Notes: a model not told the origin generated them from the letters alone. Shown: positions 42,801-51,898, numbered from the stretch's first letter. The stretch: DNA of 64,000 nt from Candidatus Altiarchaeales archaeon (GCA_014727915.1 WJMO01000005.1:64001-128000); one strand, 5' to 3'. Numbers and translations: made by a program.

Positions 42801-45800
42801 ATACAGGTGGACGGCATCATAGACGTAGTGTACCTGCCAGGGCTGGAAGTCGGGGACAGAGTGTATGTGGAGACCTTTGGCGGCTGCGAAATAAGCGGGG
42901 ACTCCGGCTCGGACACGACCGCGTGCCTCCACCATGAGGGCTCGTGGATATACAGGGACGATGACGGCGGGGTGGACAGCTGCTCCATGATACTCAACCC
43001 ATCCGACGCCTCCTCGGCGGGGACCAGCTACTATAGGATAGACTCTCCAGGGGACTATGAGGTCCGCGCGTCCGGGGCGTTCGACTTCTCATGCTCGAAC
43101 ACAGCCAACGTAGACCTCCTAGACCCTGCTGTGGTCGGCCCCTACAACCTAAGGATATGCGGGATAGGCTTCGACCCCGACTGCACCGTGGACACGGTCA
43201 CAACCTCAACGCTCGCGCCGACCACGACGATCTCCCCGTCAACAACGTTATCGCCAACAACCACAATCTCGCCCACGACCACAGTACCCTCAACGTGCTG
43301 CGATTCCGACCCGTTGAACGTGGACGGCGTCATCGAATACTTCCCGCAAGCCGACGCGGAAGCCGGCGACAGGATATTCTTATACACCTACGGAGACTGC
43401 GAGTTCGCCAACGGATTGAACGCAGACCCCACGGCATGCCTCTACTCGGGCGCAACCCTGGAAGAGAGGGACGACGACGGCTTCCTGGATGGCTCGCTAT
43501 GCGCGCGCATATACGATGAAGTAAGGGCTATCGCCGAGGGCACCGACTATCACACCCTCACCGGAACCGACCCATTCGAGGTCAGGGTGTCCGGGAGCCC
43601 TGACATATCATGCGACGACCCTGGGAAGGTGTCCGATGCTAACATGGGCCAGTACCAGGTGAGGATATGCGCCGAAGGCTTCACACCCAACTGTGCGGCG
43701 GAGTTCATATCAACGACGACGATTCCCGTAGTGACCACGACGGTCGTGCCGGTATCCTCCACAATAGCGCCGCCGACAACGCTGATTCCAACCACGACGA
43801 CTATCTCCCCGACGACCACATTGTATCCGCCGACCACCACGATACCGGACAACTGCTGCATTTCGGAGCTCTTGAACGTGGATGGCGTAGTGGAGAAGTA
43901 CGAGCAAGCCGACGCGGAAGCCGGCGACAGGATATTAGTCAGGACCTTCGGGGACTGCGAGTTCGCTAACGGAGCGAATGCCAACCCGACAGCATGCATC
44001 TATGCAGACTCTACTTTCAAGGACAGCGACGACGACGGGGCGGCGGACGGGCTATGCGACCGCATAAACCCGTTCGGAAGCCCGTCCGACTACTATGACC
44101 TAACGGGCTCAGGTGGCGAGCTGTTCGAGGTCAGGGTATCAGGCTATTCGGACACCCTCTGCAACGACCCGGGCAGGGTAGAGGAGGTTTGGAAAGGAGC
44201 ATACCAGGTCATGATATGCGGAGACGGCTTCACACCCAACTGTGCCCCGGAGATAATCCCGACCACGACCATGGCTCCGACTACCACGTTGTATCCGCCT
44301 ACCACTAGCACGATCTCCCCGACCACGACCATGGCTCCGACTACCACGTTGTATCCGCCCACTTCGACGACTATCTCTCCGACTACCACGTTGTATCCGC
44401 CCACTTCGACGACTGTCTCTCCGACTACCACGACCATGCCCGCCGGTGCGGATTGTTGCTGGTCGCCATACCTCCAGGTTGACGGGGTCATAGAGGAGTT
44501 CCCGCAGCCTTCCATAGAGGCTGGAGACCAGCTGTTTGTCAAAACCCACGGGGACTGCGAGTTCACGAACGGGATGAACGCCGACACAACAGCCTGCTTG
44601 TACAGGGGCAATCTGGTACACTACCGTAACGACGACACCGGGGACGGCATATGCTCCAGGATACTCAGCAAAGTGGACGAGATAGACCCGAACTCGCCGT
44701 TCTACAACGGAGGTTCAGTGTTCATGAGGTTAGACCAGGCCAGCGACGAGTATGCAATCAGGGTATCCGGCCCAGATGACTACTACTGCGAAGACGCAGG
44801 TAGAGTGGATATATCCTCAGAGGGCGTCTACCAGGTGATGATCTGCGGCGTAGGATTCCAGCCCAACTGTGTCCCGGAAGTCATACCGACCACGACATCT
44901 ATGCCTACGACTTCAACCACGTTGGAGCCCAGCGACTGCTGCGAGCCCCACCCCGAGCCCAGATGCGACGACCCGCAGTGTTGGGGCTGCGTTTGCACGA
45001 TAGACCACAACCCAGACTGTTGCAGCATACAATGGGACCAGTCTTGCGTTTACACAGCCTCAACAGACTGCAACGAACAGTGTGCATGCGGCATACCGCC
45101 CGAATCAACCACCACGACCCTCCCGCCCAACTGCTGCGAGTTCCAGGGCACAGTTGACGAGCTGATCGAAGTCTGCCCACAGGGCACCCTGCTCTCCGGA
45201 GACCGGATATTCGTGGAGACCTTTGGCGGCTGCGAGCCGGGAGACGCTTCAGGCTCGGACACGACCGCGGCACTCTACAAGGACGGGTCAGACCTCAAAT
45301 ACTACGACGATGACGGGGGCACAGGATACTGCTCTCAGATGCCCGCCCCCGACGACCTAATATACCCGAGCGGCTGGATACCCATAAGCGACCCTGGCCA
45401 GTACTCTGTCAGGATATCGGGTTCGTGGGACTTCCAGTGCGACAACCCCATCAACGTACAGCCGGAGAGCCACGGGGACTACACAGTTCGCATATGCGGC
45501 GAGGGCTTCACGCCCAACTGCTTCTGCCTCTATGGTGTCACTACAACGACGCTGGTGGAGAGGCCATGCTGCGAGCCACACGACACTCCTGGCTGCAACC
45601 TCTGCATCCCCGAATGTGACGCGCAGACCTGCAACGACTGCGTATGCGCGGAGGACGAGGACTGCTGCAACATAATGTGGGACCAGCTATGCGTGGACAC
45701 CGCCAGGTCCGTGTGCAACCAGTACTGCAACTGCGGCCAGTCCCCCGAGGACTGCTGCGTACAACACAACACCCCCGGCTGCGACAGCTGCGGCCCCGGC

Positions 45801-47069
45801 TGCGACGTGGGCCTTTGCAGGAGCTGCGTGTGCGCGGGCATACCCGAGTGCTGCACCCAGGAATGGCATTGGGTGTGCGTGCAGAGGGCGGAGATGAACT
45901 GCAACCACCTCTGCATGTGCGGCATGACAACGACCACCACCCTCCCCCCGGTCGAGGGAGACTGCTGCGAAGCCCATGAGACCCCCGGCTGCGGAAGCTG
46001 CGGCCCCGGCTGCGACCCGATAGCATGCCAGGATTGTGTATGCAATGATGTCGGGGACATGGCATGCTGCAACGACGAATGGAGTTGGCTGTGCGCCTGG
46101 GAGGCTCAACAGTACTGTGACGACGTGTGCAAGTGCTCTATAACAGTGACCTCGACCACGCTCATGCCTACAACGAGCACATTGCCTCCGTTGAACCCCT
46201 GTTGTTCAGTCCACTTCGATCCGGGCTGTGATAGCTGTCCAGAAGGCTGCAACCCAGCCATCTGCGAGGCCTGCGTGTGCGGCCAGAATGAGGACTGCTG
46301 CAACATAGGGTGGGACATAGGCTGCCTATCGATAGCGAGAACGGACTGCAACGACCACTGCAACTGCATGCCCCCATGCCAGTACTGTGGGCTCCTGGGC
46401 ATGTCATGCCCGTCCGAGGTGGACTTCGGAGACACGTTCAACATAGACTACGAGTTCAGCAGCACCGACACAGGATACCCGTATGAGACCCGCATTCTGA
46501 CCATCAACGGCGTCAGGGACAGGTGCATATACGACGAGAACGTCACGCCAGACTGCGAGCCCCATTCCGCCTCCATGGAGACGGAGTGTCCTGTCGGGGC
46601 GAAGCCCACAATATGGATTAACGATAAGCCTGCGGCTGTCGTGGAATACGACCTGGGTTGCGTGAGCGCGGCAACACCCGACTCGTCAAACTGCAACCTG
46701 CCGGTGGACGAGGAGCTGAACTGCATGGTGAACTGCCTATATTGCACGCAGGACGCTCCCCTCACCTTCAATGTGTCTTCGCCCGACCCGCCCATAGGCG
46801 GTGCCGAGTGCACGCTCTACATGTGGTATTATACGAACGAGGGTGAGTGGTGTCAGATATTCCCCGCTCCGGAGCAGAGCTGTGTTGGAGGCTTCTCCGA
46901 GATACAGGTGGACTCCCTGACGAAGCAGGTGGGCACCAACGTGCTGGAGAAGTTCGAGCTCAAGAGGCTGATAGCTCCCGCGAAGTACCGGTGGAACGTC
47001 AAGTGCGTTACCCACATAGGCGAGGCTTACAACACTCAGGACTGGATATTCAACACGAAACCCTGCTAG
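39891..47069 (+). CDS. Giant (about 2390 aa) secreted Cys-rich modular repeat protein
   Basis: ATGA overlap at 39891, signal peptide, Cys-rich modules, LamG-like segment, six ~130-aa beta-domain repeats, five CCxxH-W helical Cys repeats, Ser/Thr linkers. Confidence 0.85.
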   Translation: MNKRDVQTALSALTVLVALATTVSAQTPDGVCAAMRDGVPNLDSSCLDWPGSGDPTQMDIMTECDSYCDGQVGNMAGAVVFDCDPAAEGNDICCYCCGNGDPTCMCEYSFPLSTMGYEFPECLNPVHPTLEEDEICEEYCLTIGMTDYVDFFLDCSDSFGGFVGYDICCWCQDEDPPDPEPEGFCCWETCCCPVTTTSTQPLLPSSSESASTGSDSYPTDEDTLCSEFCGTMGYEGGYCGGPDDNLEGLWVSDPCTANGDILTGYDGPVFSGEDALCMDDWYWCCCVEPQLQSSSSASQSTESQDSQSSESQSSGSSSSSSSLSPCAEYCTVTLPYDDGYCDFDNDFPNAVDVCRSGLDYWTGINGMNGPITPWTPLCEDSTWCCCALESSSSSSSSSSSSTTLTCNDLCLDIVETGDVCGRLCTKHDECRLGCEICMIEDYDVNETGRCSTSYTNQTNYGSCGLPCTHDANCTRGCDQCIDLTCVDQEQLYDGGECQNWTRFPQYESPFFPDIEIWHECFFWDWDYQGPNNCEEETDGDWLNCCCQVIPSTSSSSTSSSESDETDIPPSESQETGSSSSSSSSSGSSTSGPGDVTCCDDLNMKVLFDDDLSEGTTRGVVIGDGQLVFGGFLPNNNGAILYTTDDPQTGIINRKRGAVCVEMALNQPSDAMGDGVFFYEGRMPSSNIYLLFNEFTDSVTYGKSFFGDLNTLSEVLDPLDWSSGSVHSLAATWDYEGVSDPMRLYSDRISVQSTDDNKGIGLLDTHMYLGNNKAGTGALNVIYTRFTVCGEDPEEECCTQTYPVDDTIELLQQNGVGPGDQIRVETMGDCETLQSDTVACLYRDNALEYSDDDGAVGVCSAIFGEADSIAHNTEYFIVTDAGSYDVRVSGPGDSDCSDGGNVVPTSEGEYDVRICGIGFSPTCETLPTQTTIPPGPTTTLVPTTSTSISPTTTIEPTTTTSPPITCCDTPEIQVDGIIDVVYLPGLEVGDRVYVETFGGCEISGDSGSDTTACLHHEGSWIYRDDDGGVDSCSMILNPSDASSAGTSYYRIDSPGDYEVRASGAFDFSCSNTANVDLLDPAVVGPYNLRICGIGFDPDCTVDTVTTSTLAPTTTISPSTTLSPTTTISPTTTVPSTCCDSDPLNVDGVIEYFPQADAEAGDRIFLYTYGDCEFANGLNADPTACLYSGATLEERDDDGFLDGSLCARIYDEVRAIAEGTDYHTLTGTDPFEVRVSGSPDISCDDPGKVSDANMGQYQVRICAEGFTPNCAAEFISTTTIPVVTTTVVPVSSTIAPPTTLIPTTTTISPTTTLYPPTTTIPDNCCISELLNVDGVVEKYEQADAEAGDRILVRTFGDCEFANGANANPTACIYADSTFKDSDDDGAADGLCDRINPFGSPSDYYDLTGSGGELFEVRVSGYSDTLCNDPGRVEEVWKGAYQVMICGDGFTPNCAPEIIPTTTMAPTTTLYPPTTSTISPTTTMAPTTTLYPPTSTTISPTTTLYPPTSTTVSPTTTTMPAGADCCWSPYLQVDGVIEEFPQPSIEAGDQLFVKTHGDCEFTNGMNADTTACLYRGNLVHYRNDDTGDGICSRILSKVDEIDPNSPFYNGGSVFMRLDQASDEYAIRVSGPDDYYCEDAGRVDISSEGVYQVMICGVGFQPNCVPEVIPTTTSMPTTSTTLEPSDCCEPHPEPRCDDPQCWGCVCTIDHNPDCCSIQWDQSCVYTASTDCNEQCACGIPPESTTTTLPPNCCEFQGTVDELIEVCPQGTLLSGDRIFVETFGGCEPGDASGSDTTAALYKDGSDLKYYDDDGGTGYCSQMPAPDDLIYPSGWIPISDPGQYSVRISGSWDFQCDNPINVQPESHGDYTVRICGEGFTPNCFCLYGVTTTTLVERPCCEPHDTPGCNLCIPECDAQTCNDCVCAEDEDCCNIMWDQLCVDTARSVCNQYCNCGQSPEDCCVQHNTPGCDSCGPGCDVGLCRSCVCAGIPECCTQEWHWVCVQRAEMNCNHLCMCGMTTTTTLPPVEGDCCEAHETPGCGSCGPGCDPIACQDCVCNDVGDMACCNDEWSWLCAWEAQQYCDDVCKCSITVTSTTLMPTTSTLPPLNPCCSVHFDPGCDSCPEGCNPAICEACVCGQNEDCCNIGWDIGCLSIARTDCNDHCNCMPPCQYCGLLGMSCPSEVDFGDTFNIDYEFSSTDTGYPYETRILTINGVRDRCIYDENVTPDCEPHSASMETECPVGAKPTIWINDKPAAVVEYDLGCVSAATPDSSNCNLPVDEELNCMVNCLYCTQDAPLTFNVSSPDPPIGGAECTLYMWYYTNEGEWCQIFPAPEQSCVGGFSEIQVDSLTKQVGTNVLEKFELKRLIAPAKYRWNVKCVTHIGEAYNTQDWIFNTKPC
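44259..44435 (+). repeat. Near-perfect tandem repeats (60-bp then 42-bp period) encoding PTTTMAPTTTLYPPT
   Basis: ccgactaccacgttgtatccgcc occurs three times and ccgaccacgaccatggct twice. Confidence 0.85.
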
Positions 47070-47085
47070 AATGCCTGCTTTATTT

Positions 47086-47853
47086 TCATATCCAGCTGTC
47101 GTATACGAGCGCAGGCCGGACGTGGTTCAGCGCGAACCTTATCAGGAACTTCATCTTCCGCGATAGGCGCTTCTCCTTCAGTTGCTTGATAAGGTCCTCG
47201 CGGGTGGAGAATATCCTGTTCTTTTCCCTTCTCATCTCATCGTCTATGCTGTCCTTGTTCCTCGTGTATGACTTTATCAGCGGCATTATGGTGGTCGGGT
47301 CCGGCTGGCCTATGAGGTCGTTGATGAAGCACTCATTGGCTGTCTTGAACAGTCGCAGCCTCACGTATGAGTTGTGGTGTTTCATCATCTTCGAGATCAG
47401 GTCGTGGACTATGACCTCGTCCATCTTGTACTCGCTGTGAAGGTTTGTCATGTTCTCCGCCATCTCCGTGTCGTATCTGAAGCCCAGGTAGTCGTCTATG
47501 TCCGTCATGGTCTTTGGAGACAGTATGTTCTTTATGTCAAGTGACAGGAAGTAGGCCTGGTCGGTTGTCATCCCCATGGTCTCGGATATCCTTATGAAGT
47601 ACTCTTTGCTGTCGTAGTCCGGTGGGAGCGTGTAAGTGTATGTGCTCTGGTTCCAGGATATTAGCGCCGAGTCCCTCAGTTTCTTCAGTTGTCTGTTCAC
47701 TCCGCCGACGCTTTCGCCGACGTTCAGCTCTTCCTTAAGGCGTGCTTGTATATCGCTGCGTTTCAGCCCCTCCGGGTGTGCTCTGATGAGGTAGCGTATG
47801 ATGGCGAGCAGGCTCCTACCCTGTCTGAGTCTCTTCACACCGGCCCCAACCAT
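47086..47853 (-). CDS. Hypothetical protein with N-terminal winged-HTH
   Basis: IIRYLI...GLKRSDIQ...GGVNRQLKKLRDSALI...YTYTL pattern. Confidence 0.65.
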   Translation of the reverse strand: MVGAGVKRLRQGRSLLAIIRYLIRAHPEGLKRSDIQARLKEELNVGESVGGVNRQLKKLRDSALISWNQSTYTYTLPPDYDSKEYFIRISETMGMTTDQAYFLSLDIKNILSPKTMTDIDDYLGFRYDTEMAENMTNLHSEYKMDEVIVHDLISKMMKHHNSYVRLRLFKTANECFINDLIGQPDPTTIMPLIKSYTRNKDSIDDEMRREKNRIFSTREDLIKQLKEKRLSRKMKFLIRFALNHVRPALVYDSWI

Positions 47854-47992
47854 GCTACATTATTCGGGTTATTCATTAAAAAAGTGGTATGCAATCAGAA
47901 GTTGCATATATCTGCCCTTTAAACGCACAAAAATAAGAAAAACCTGACACATATTTGTGGATAATATGTGGTTAATGTGGCATGTTATTGTG

Positions 47993-48871
47993 TCAGCGGC
48001 GGTTTTTGAGAACATACTCTGGCGTCCGGTCATCGTATTTGTATTGGACGAATGAGGTCTTCAGCGGTCCTTCATCGTAATAGACCATGACCTTATCACC
48101 GACCTTGAACGTGTCCCAATCGTCCCTCGACAGGCAGAGCCTCTCCTCACCGTACTCGCTCCTGACTCCCGCGCAATACCATATGGAATCCGGCACGTTG
48201 GCATCTCCTGTCATCTCCTTGCTGTATATCAAAGCAGGATACGCGACCTCCACGGTGGAGCACGTGTTCCATATGAACACTATCGAAGATGATATCATCA
48301 GGAATACTATCGCCGAAGCCGGGATCCTCAAGCTGCCGAGCAGAAGCTTGTAAACGTCGGTCATCGTGAACAGGGCGAACGCGACCAGGAACGAGACACC
48401 AAGCCAAAACCGCAACCAGCAGCTCAGCGGCATCATTATCCCCGCGGCGGGGGTGAACACCATCGCAGCCAGCAGTATCCATGGCAGGTACAACTCCAGC
48501 GTCGACCCTGACATGAGGAACCTGAGCTCGTGCGGCTTCGCCCCTCCTCTTAGCTTGCTTATCAGCTTATGCACGAAGATGGTCTTGCTTATGTTCGAGA
48601 TTATGCCTCCGAAACCCGTGCACACGAACCTGAGCGAGTGCACGCCCTTGATGTCCTTGTACCTCAGGTAGATGAACCTCTCGCCGTAGAAGTTCTCCAT
48701 CTTGAGTTCCATTATCTCGGATATCTCGAGGGAGACCGGCTCCTCAAGCTCGAACACCATCCTGGTCTCCGTGATGTAGAGGTTGGTGTCTGAGAATTTC
48801 AGGGCAGTAGGGTCTAATTGGACGCGGCAGTCGTATAGGAGCTTCTCACCGCCCGAGAACTCTAAGGTCAC
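47993..48871 (-). CDS. Hypothetical membrane protein (PH/GRAM-like N-terminus, 3 TM, OB-like C-terminus)
   Basis: NLYITETRMVF pattern, three hydrophobic helices, FKVGDKVMVYY. Confidence 0.6.
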   Translation of the reverse strand: MTLEFSGGEKLLYDCRVQLDPTALKFSDTNLYITETRMVFELEEPVSLEISEIMELKMENFYGERFIYLRYKDIKGVHSLRFVCTGFGGIISNISKTIFVHKLISKLRGGAKPHELRFLMSGSTLELYLPWILLAAMVFTPAAGIMMPLSCWLRFWLGVSFLVAFALFTMTDVYKLLLGSLRIPASAIVFLMISSSIVFIWNTCSTVEVAYPALIYSKEMTGDANVPDSIWYCAGVRSEYGEERLCLSRDDWDTFKVGDKVMVYYDEGPLKTSFVQYKYDDRTPEYVLKNRR

Positions 48872-48955
48872 TTAATGATATGTGAGACAATGTATAAAAA
48901 AGTATCCGCAATTTTTATAAATTATATGTAAAAAAATAAAAATAATTGATAAAAT

Positions 48956-50287
48956 CTACCCAAGGTATCCGTTGAGTTCCTTGAGCCATCCTTCGCAGTC
49001 CAACTCCAGCAGAGACTCGTCGAACAGGACCTCTGGCTCTCCCATCTCGCGGAAGTTCTTGCCGAACCCCCTCCGCTCGGAGATGACCTCATCGAGCAAC
49101 TCCCCGACAAACCTGTGCTTCCGCCGCGTGTCCACAACCCACCTACCATCCCTCACATATGGGCTCTCATCCTTGTACTTTTCCGTGAACCTCTCCTGGT
49201 GCACGGCATCCAAGTCGATGGGGGGTCCGAGGTGGTGCACGAGCTCCGGCAACTCCCACACCGCGAACTCCATCATGATGACTGAAGTGTCCCTCTCGTT
49301 TGTCCAGAAAGAGCTCCTGAAAACCTTGAACTCCGCATGCTCGAACTCCTTGACTATATGCCTCGTCGTCTTCCTCAGCTGCGCGTACAGGGTGTTAACG
49401 TTCAGCAAACCATGCCTGAAAACCAATCCAGCGAACCTGGAACCCCGACCCAGCATCGAATCCCTCAACTCCTCAACCTCCCTCATCGGCTTCTCAGGGG
49501 GGAAGAAGAACTCACGGCCCGGTTTCATGACATAATCGTTGGCCCTGACAATGAACCTTGAAAGGGACTCGGGAGACACCGCGGCAGCCACGTTCCTGCT
49601 CCTGTCGACGGGGTCCACCACTATGAGACAAGCGTCCGTGAAGAACCTACCCAGACCTTCAGGGTCATCCCACAAACCCTCCGGGTCCAATATCTCCGGG
49701 ACGCTCCACTCTCTCGCAGCCTCAAGCACCTTTACGAAGGACCCATAGTGGAGGACCAGGATCTCCACAAGATAGCCTGAGAATCCCTCCACCTTGGCCT
49801 CCGCCCCATAGACCCCGGCACCCCTCATGAACTGCTTTAAAAGCCTTATATCGCCCTTTAACGGCTTTTTCGCCAGTCTGTCCTTCACGTATCTCGTGTG
49901 TAGGGGTGTCCGGTCCACTGCGGACATTATGTCCCTGCCCTTGTAGCATGGGACTATCTCGATCTCGTTGCCTTCAAAAAACCCCTTGACATAGGGGTGT
50001 TCGGCATAGTCTATCTCGTATCCGACTCCCAGCTTAGCGAACACTTCCTTCCCGATCCTCAAACCCTCCCTTTCCAGAACGTCCCTTTTCACATCCTTAC
50101 GGAACTGTATGAATATGTCGATGTCCTTGTTACCTGAGAGGTCGGTGTCCTTGGCGAGGGACCCCACAAGTATGGGCTCCACCTCATAGTCCTCCAATAT
50201 CCGGAAGACCCTCTCCACCAACTTCATCTCCTGCGTGTGCTCCTCATCAGTCGGGGTTATCTCATCCAATATTTCCTCGGTCTTCAC
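48956..50287 (-). CDS. cca: Archaeal class I CCA-adding enzyme
   Basis: VGSLAKDT...DIDIF, YAEHPY, SAVDRTPLH, YGAE, GFSGYLVE, DPVDRSRNVAA; GTG start overlapping the amrS stop. Confidence 0.95.
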   Translation of the reverse strand: MKTEEILDEITPTDEEHTQEMKLVERVFRILEDYEVEPILVGSLAKDTDLSGNKDIDIFIQFRKDVKRDVLEREGLRIGKEVFAKLGVGYEIDYAEHPYVKGFFEGNEIEIVPCYKGRDIMSAVDRTPLHTRYVKDRLAKKPLKGDIRLLKQFMRGAGVYGAEAKVEGFSGYLVEILVLHYGSFVKVLEAAREWSVPEILDPEGLWDDPEGLGRFFTDACLIVVDPVDRSRNVAAAVSPESLSRFIVRANDYVMKPGREFFFPPEKPMREVEELRDSMLGRGSRFAGLVFRHGLLNVNTLYAQLRKTTRHIVKEFEHAEFKVFRSSFWTNERDTSVIMMEFAVWELPELVHHLGPPIDLDAVHQERFTEKYKDESPYVRDGRWVVDTRRKHRFVGELLDEVISERRGFGKNFREMGEPEVLFDESLLELDCEGWLKELNGYLG

Positions 50288-51294
50288 TTCCAAACCCCCT
50301 CCAACTCTGCCTTGCAGGACGGGCAAATGCCCTCTCCGAGCTTGTTCGACACCACGTTGAAGCCCACTCTCTCCACAACCAGCTCCCCGCAGCCCGGACA
50401 GTATGTGTTCTCATAGTCCCCATGTGGCAGGTTGCCTGCGTAAACGTATTTGAGGCCTGAATCCCTGCCTATCGCGACCGCTCTCTCCAATATGTCCACA
50501 CCTGTCGGGGGCGTGCCAATCATCTTGTAGTCCGGGTGGAACCGGGACACATGCCATGGCACGAAGCCTCCCAGCTCCCCTGATATGAAATCTGCGATCT
50601 GCCTCAGCTCGTCGGCTCCGTCATTCTGGCCTGGAATTATGAGCGTCGTTACCTCGACCCACACCCCAGCCTTCACCATGGCCTTCAAAGTCTCCAAAAC
50701 AGGCTCCAAAGAGCCGCCGCACAGCTCCCTGTAGAACCGGTCGCTGAAGCTCTTGAGGTCTATGTTGTCCGCGTGAAGGTATGGGATGATGGCCTCTCTT
50801 GCCTCGGCCGTCATGTATCCATTGCTTACGAAAACGTTCTTGAGGCCTTCAGCAACGGCTTTTTCAGCTATTTCAACCGCGTATTCCATGTATACTGTCG
50901 GCTCCGTGTACGTGTAGGCTATGGACGCACAACCGCTGCCTGCGGCATCGGATACCACCTCCTCTGCTGTTTTCTCCCCGCCCAATACGTTTCTTCCCTC
51001 CCGGGGGCTCTGGCTTATCTCATGGTTCTGGCAGTGCTCACAGCTCAGGTTGCACCCTACCGTGGAGATGGAGTATGCACGGGTGCCGGGCATGAAATGG
51101 AACAGCGGCTTCTTCTCGATGGGGTCGGCGTGCGCTGCGACGGGCTTGCCATAGACAAGCGAATACAAGGTGCCGCCCCGGTTCTCGCGCACTCCGCACA
51201 AGCCCCTTCCCCCGTCGGCTATGGTGCACCTGTGCGGGCACAGACCGCACCTGACGCTGCCGTCCAGGCCCTCATAGAGCATTGCCTCTTTCAC
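50284..51294 (-). CDS. amrS: AmmeMemoRadiSam-system radical SAM enzyme
   Basis: CGLCPHRC, DPIEKKPLFHF, GCNLSCEHCQN, IAYTYTEP, WHVSRFHP. Confidence 0.92.
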   Translation of the reverse strand: MKEAMLYEGLDGSVRCGLCPHRCTIADGGRGLCGVRENRGGTLYSLVYGKPVAAHADPIEKKPLFHFMPGTRAYSISTVGCNLSCEHCQNHEISQSPREGRNVLGGEKTAEEVVSDAAGSGCASIAYTYTEPTVYMEYAVEIAEKAVAEGLKNVFVSNGYMTAEAREAIIPYLHADNIDLKSFSDRFYRELCGGSLEPVLETLKAMVKAGVWVEVTTLIIPGQNDGADELRQIADFISGELGGFVPWHVSRFHPDYKMIGTPPTGVDILERAVAIGRDSGLKYVYAGNLPHGDYENTYCPGCGELVVERVGFNVVSNKLGEGICPSCKAELEGVWK

Positions 51295-51397
51295 GGTTTA
51301 ATTATGGCAGCAACGCCTTTATTATAAGCGTCCCCTGGTCTAACACGGTCGCCTCCTCCCTCTTATTTTTATTGTTGTCCTCTTTCTATCTTTTCCT

Positions 51398-51898
51398 ATG
51401 CAGTACGTCAAGATACCCGAGGACCGGATCGCTGTTCTAATAGGCCCGAAGGGCGCCACGAAGAGGAAGCTGGAGAAGAGGTGCAAGTGCAGGATCGAAG
51501 TGGTCGACGGCGACGTCTCCGTAGAGGGGGATCCATTGGATGAGTGGGTTGGCAAGGACATAGTACAGGCCATAGGACGGGGTTTCACTCCGGAGAAGGC
51601 GCTTCAACTGCTCAACGACGGCCACATGATAGACTTTGTGGACATAGAGGACTATGCGAACACGCCCAAGTCCAGGGAGAGGCTGCGGGGCAGGGTTATC
51701 GGCGAGGCTGGGAGGACCCGGAAGCATTTGGAACGCATGACGGGAACTCTCATATGCGTTTATGGGAATACCGTAGGCGTCATCGGCTCCTACGGGGGCG
51801 TGGCCTTGGCGAAGGAGGCGGTAGAGATGCTTCTCACCGGTAAAAGGCATGCGACAGTCTACAGGTTCATGGAGAACCAGTCCCGGCCCGAACGCTAG
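51398..51898 (+). CDS. KH-domain pre-rRNA processing protein (Dim2/Pno1 homolog)
   Basis: VLIGPKG, AIGRGF, GRVIGEAG, HATVY; canonical neighbour of top6B. Confidence 0.92.
   Translation: MQYVKIPEDRIAVLIGPKGATKRKLEKRCKCRIEVVDGDVSVEGDPLDEWVGKDIVQAIGRGFTPEKALQLLNDGHMIDFVDIEDYANTPKSRERLRGRVIGEAGRTRKHLERMTGTLICVYGNTVGVIGSYGGVALAKEAVEMLLTGKRHATVYRFMENQSRPER

Noticed and set aside
44259-44435. Direct repeats resembling a CRISPR array
   Set aside because: In-frame coding repeats with no unique spacers and no cas genes
47956-47964. TGTGGATAA, a perfect bacterial DnaA box, in an AT-rich spacer
   Set aside because: Single copy in an archaeal genome, no cdc6/dnaA or ORB elements nearby; likely chance
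50284-51294. Radical SAM as a RiPP maturase for the Cys-rich peptides
   Set aside because: Motifs match AmrS, no SPASM domain, and it is coupled to cca rather than to a precursor
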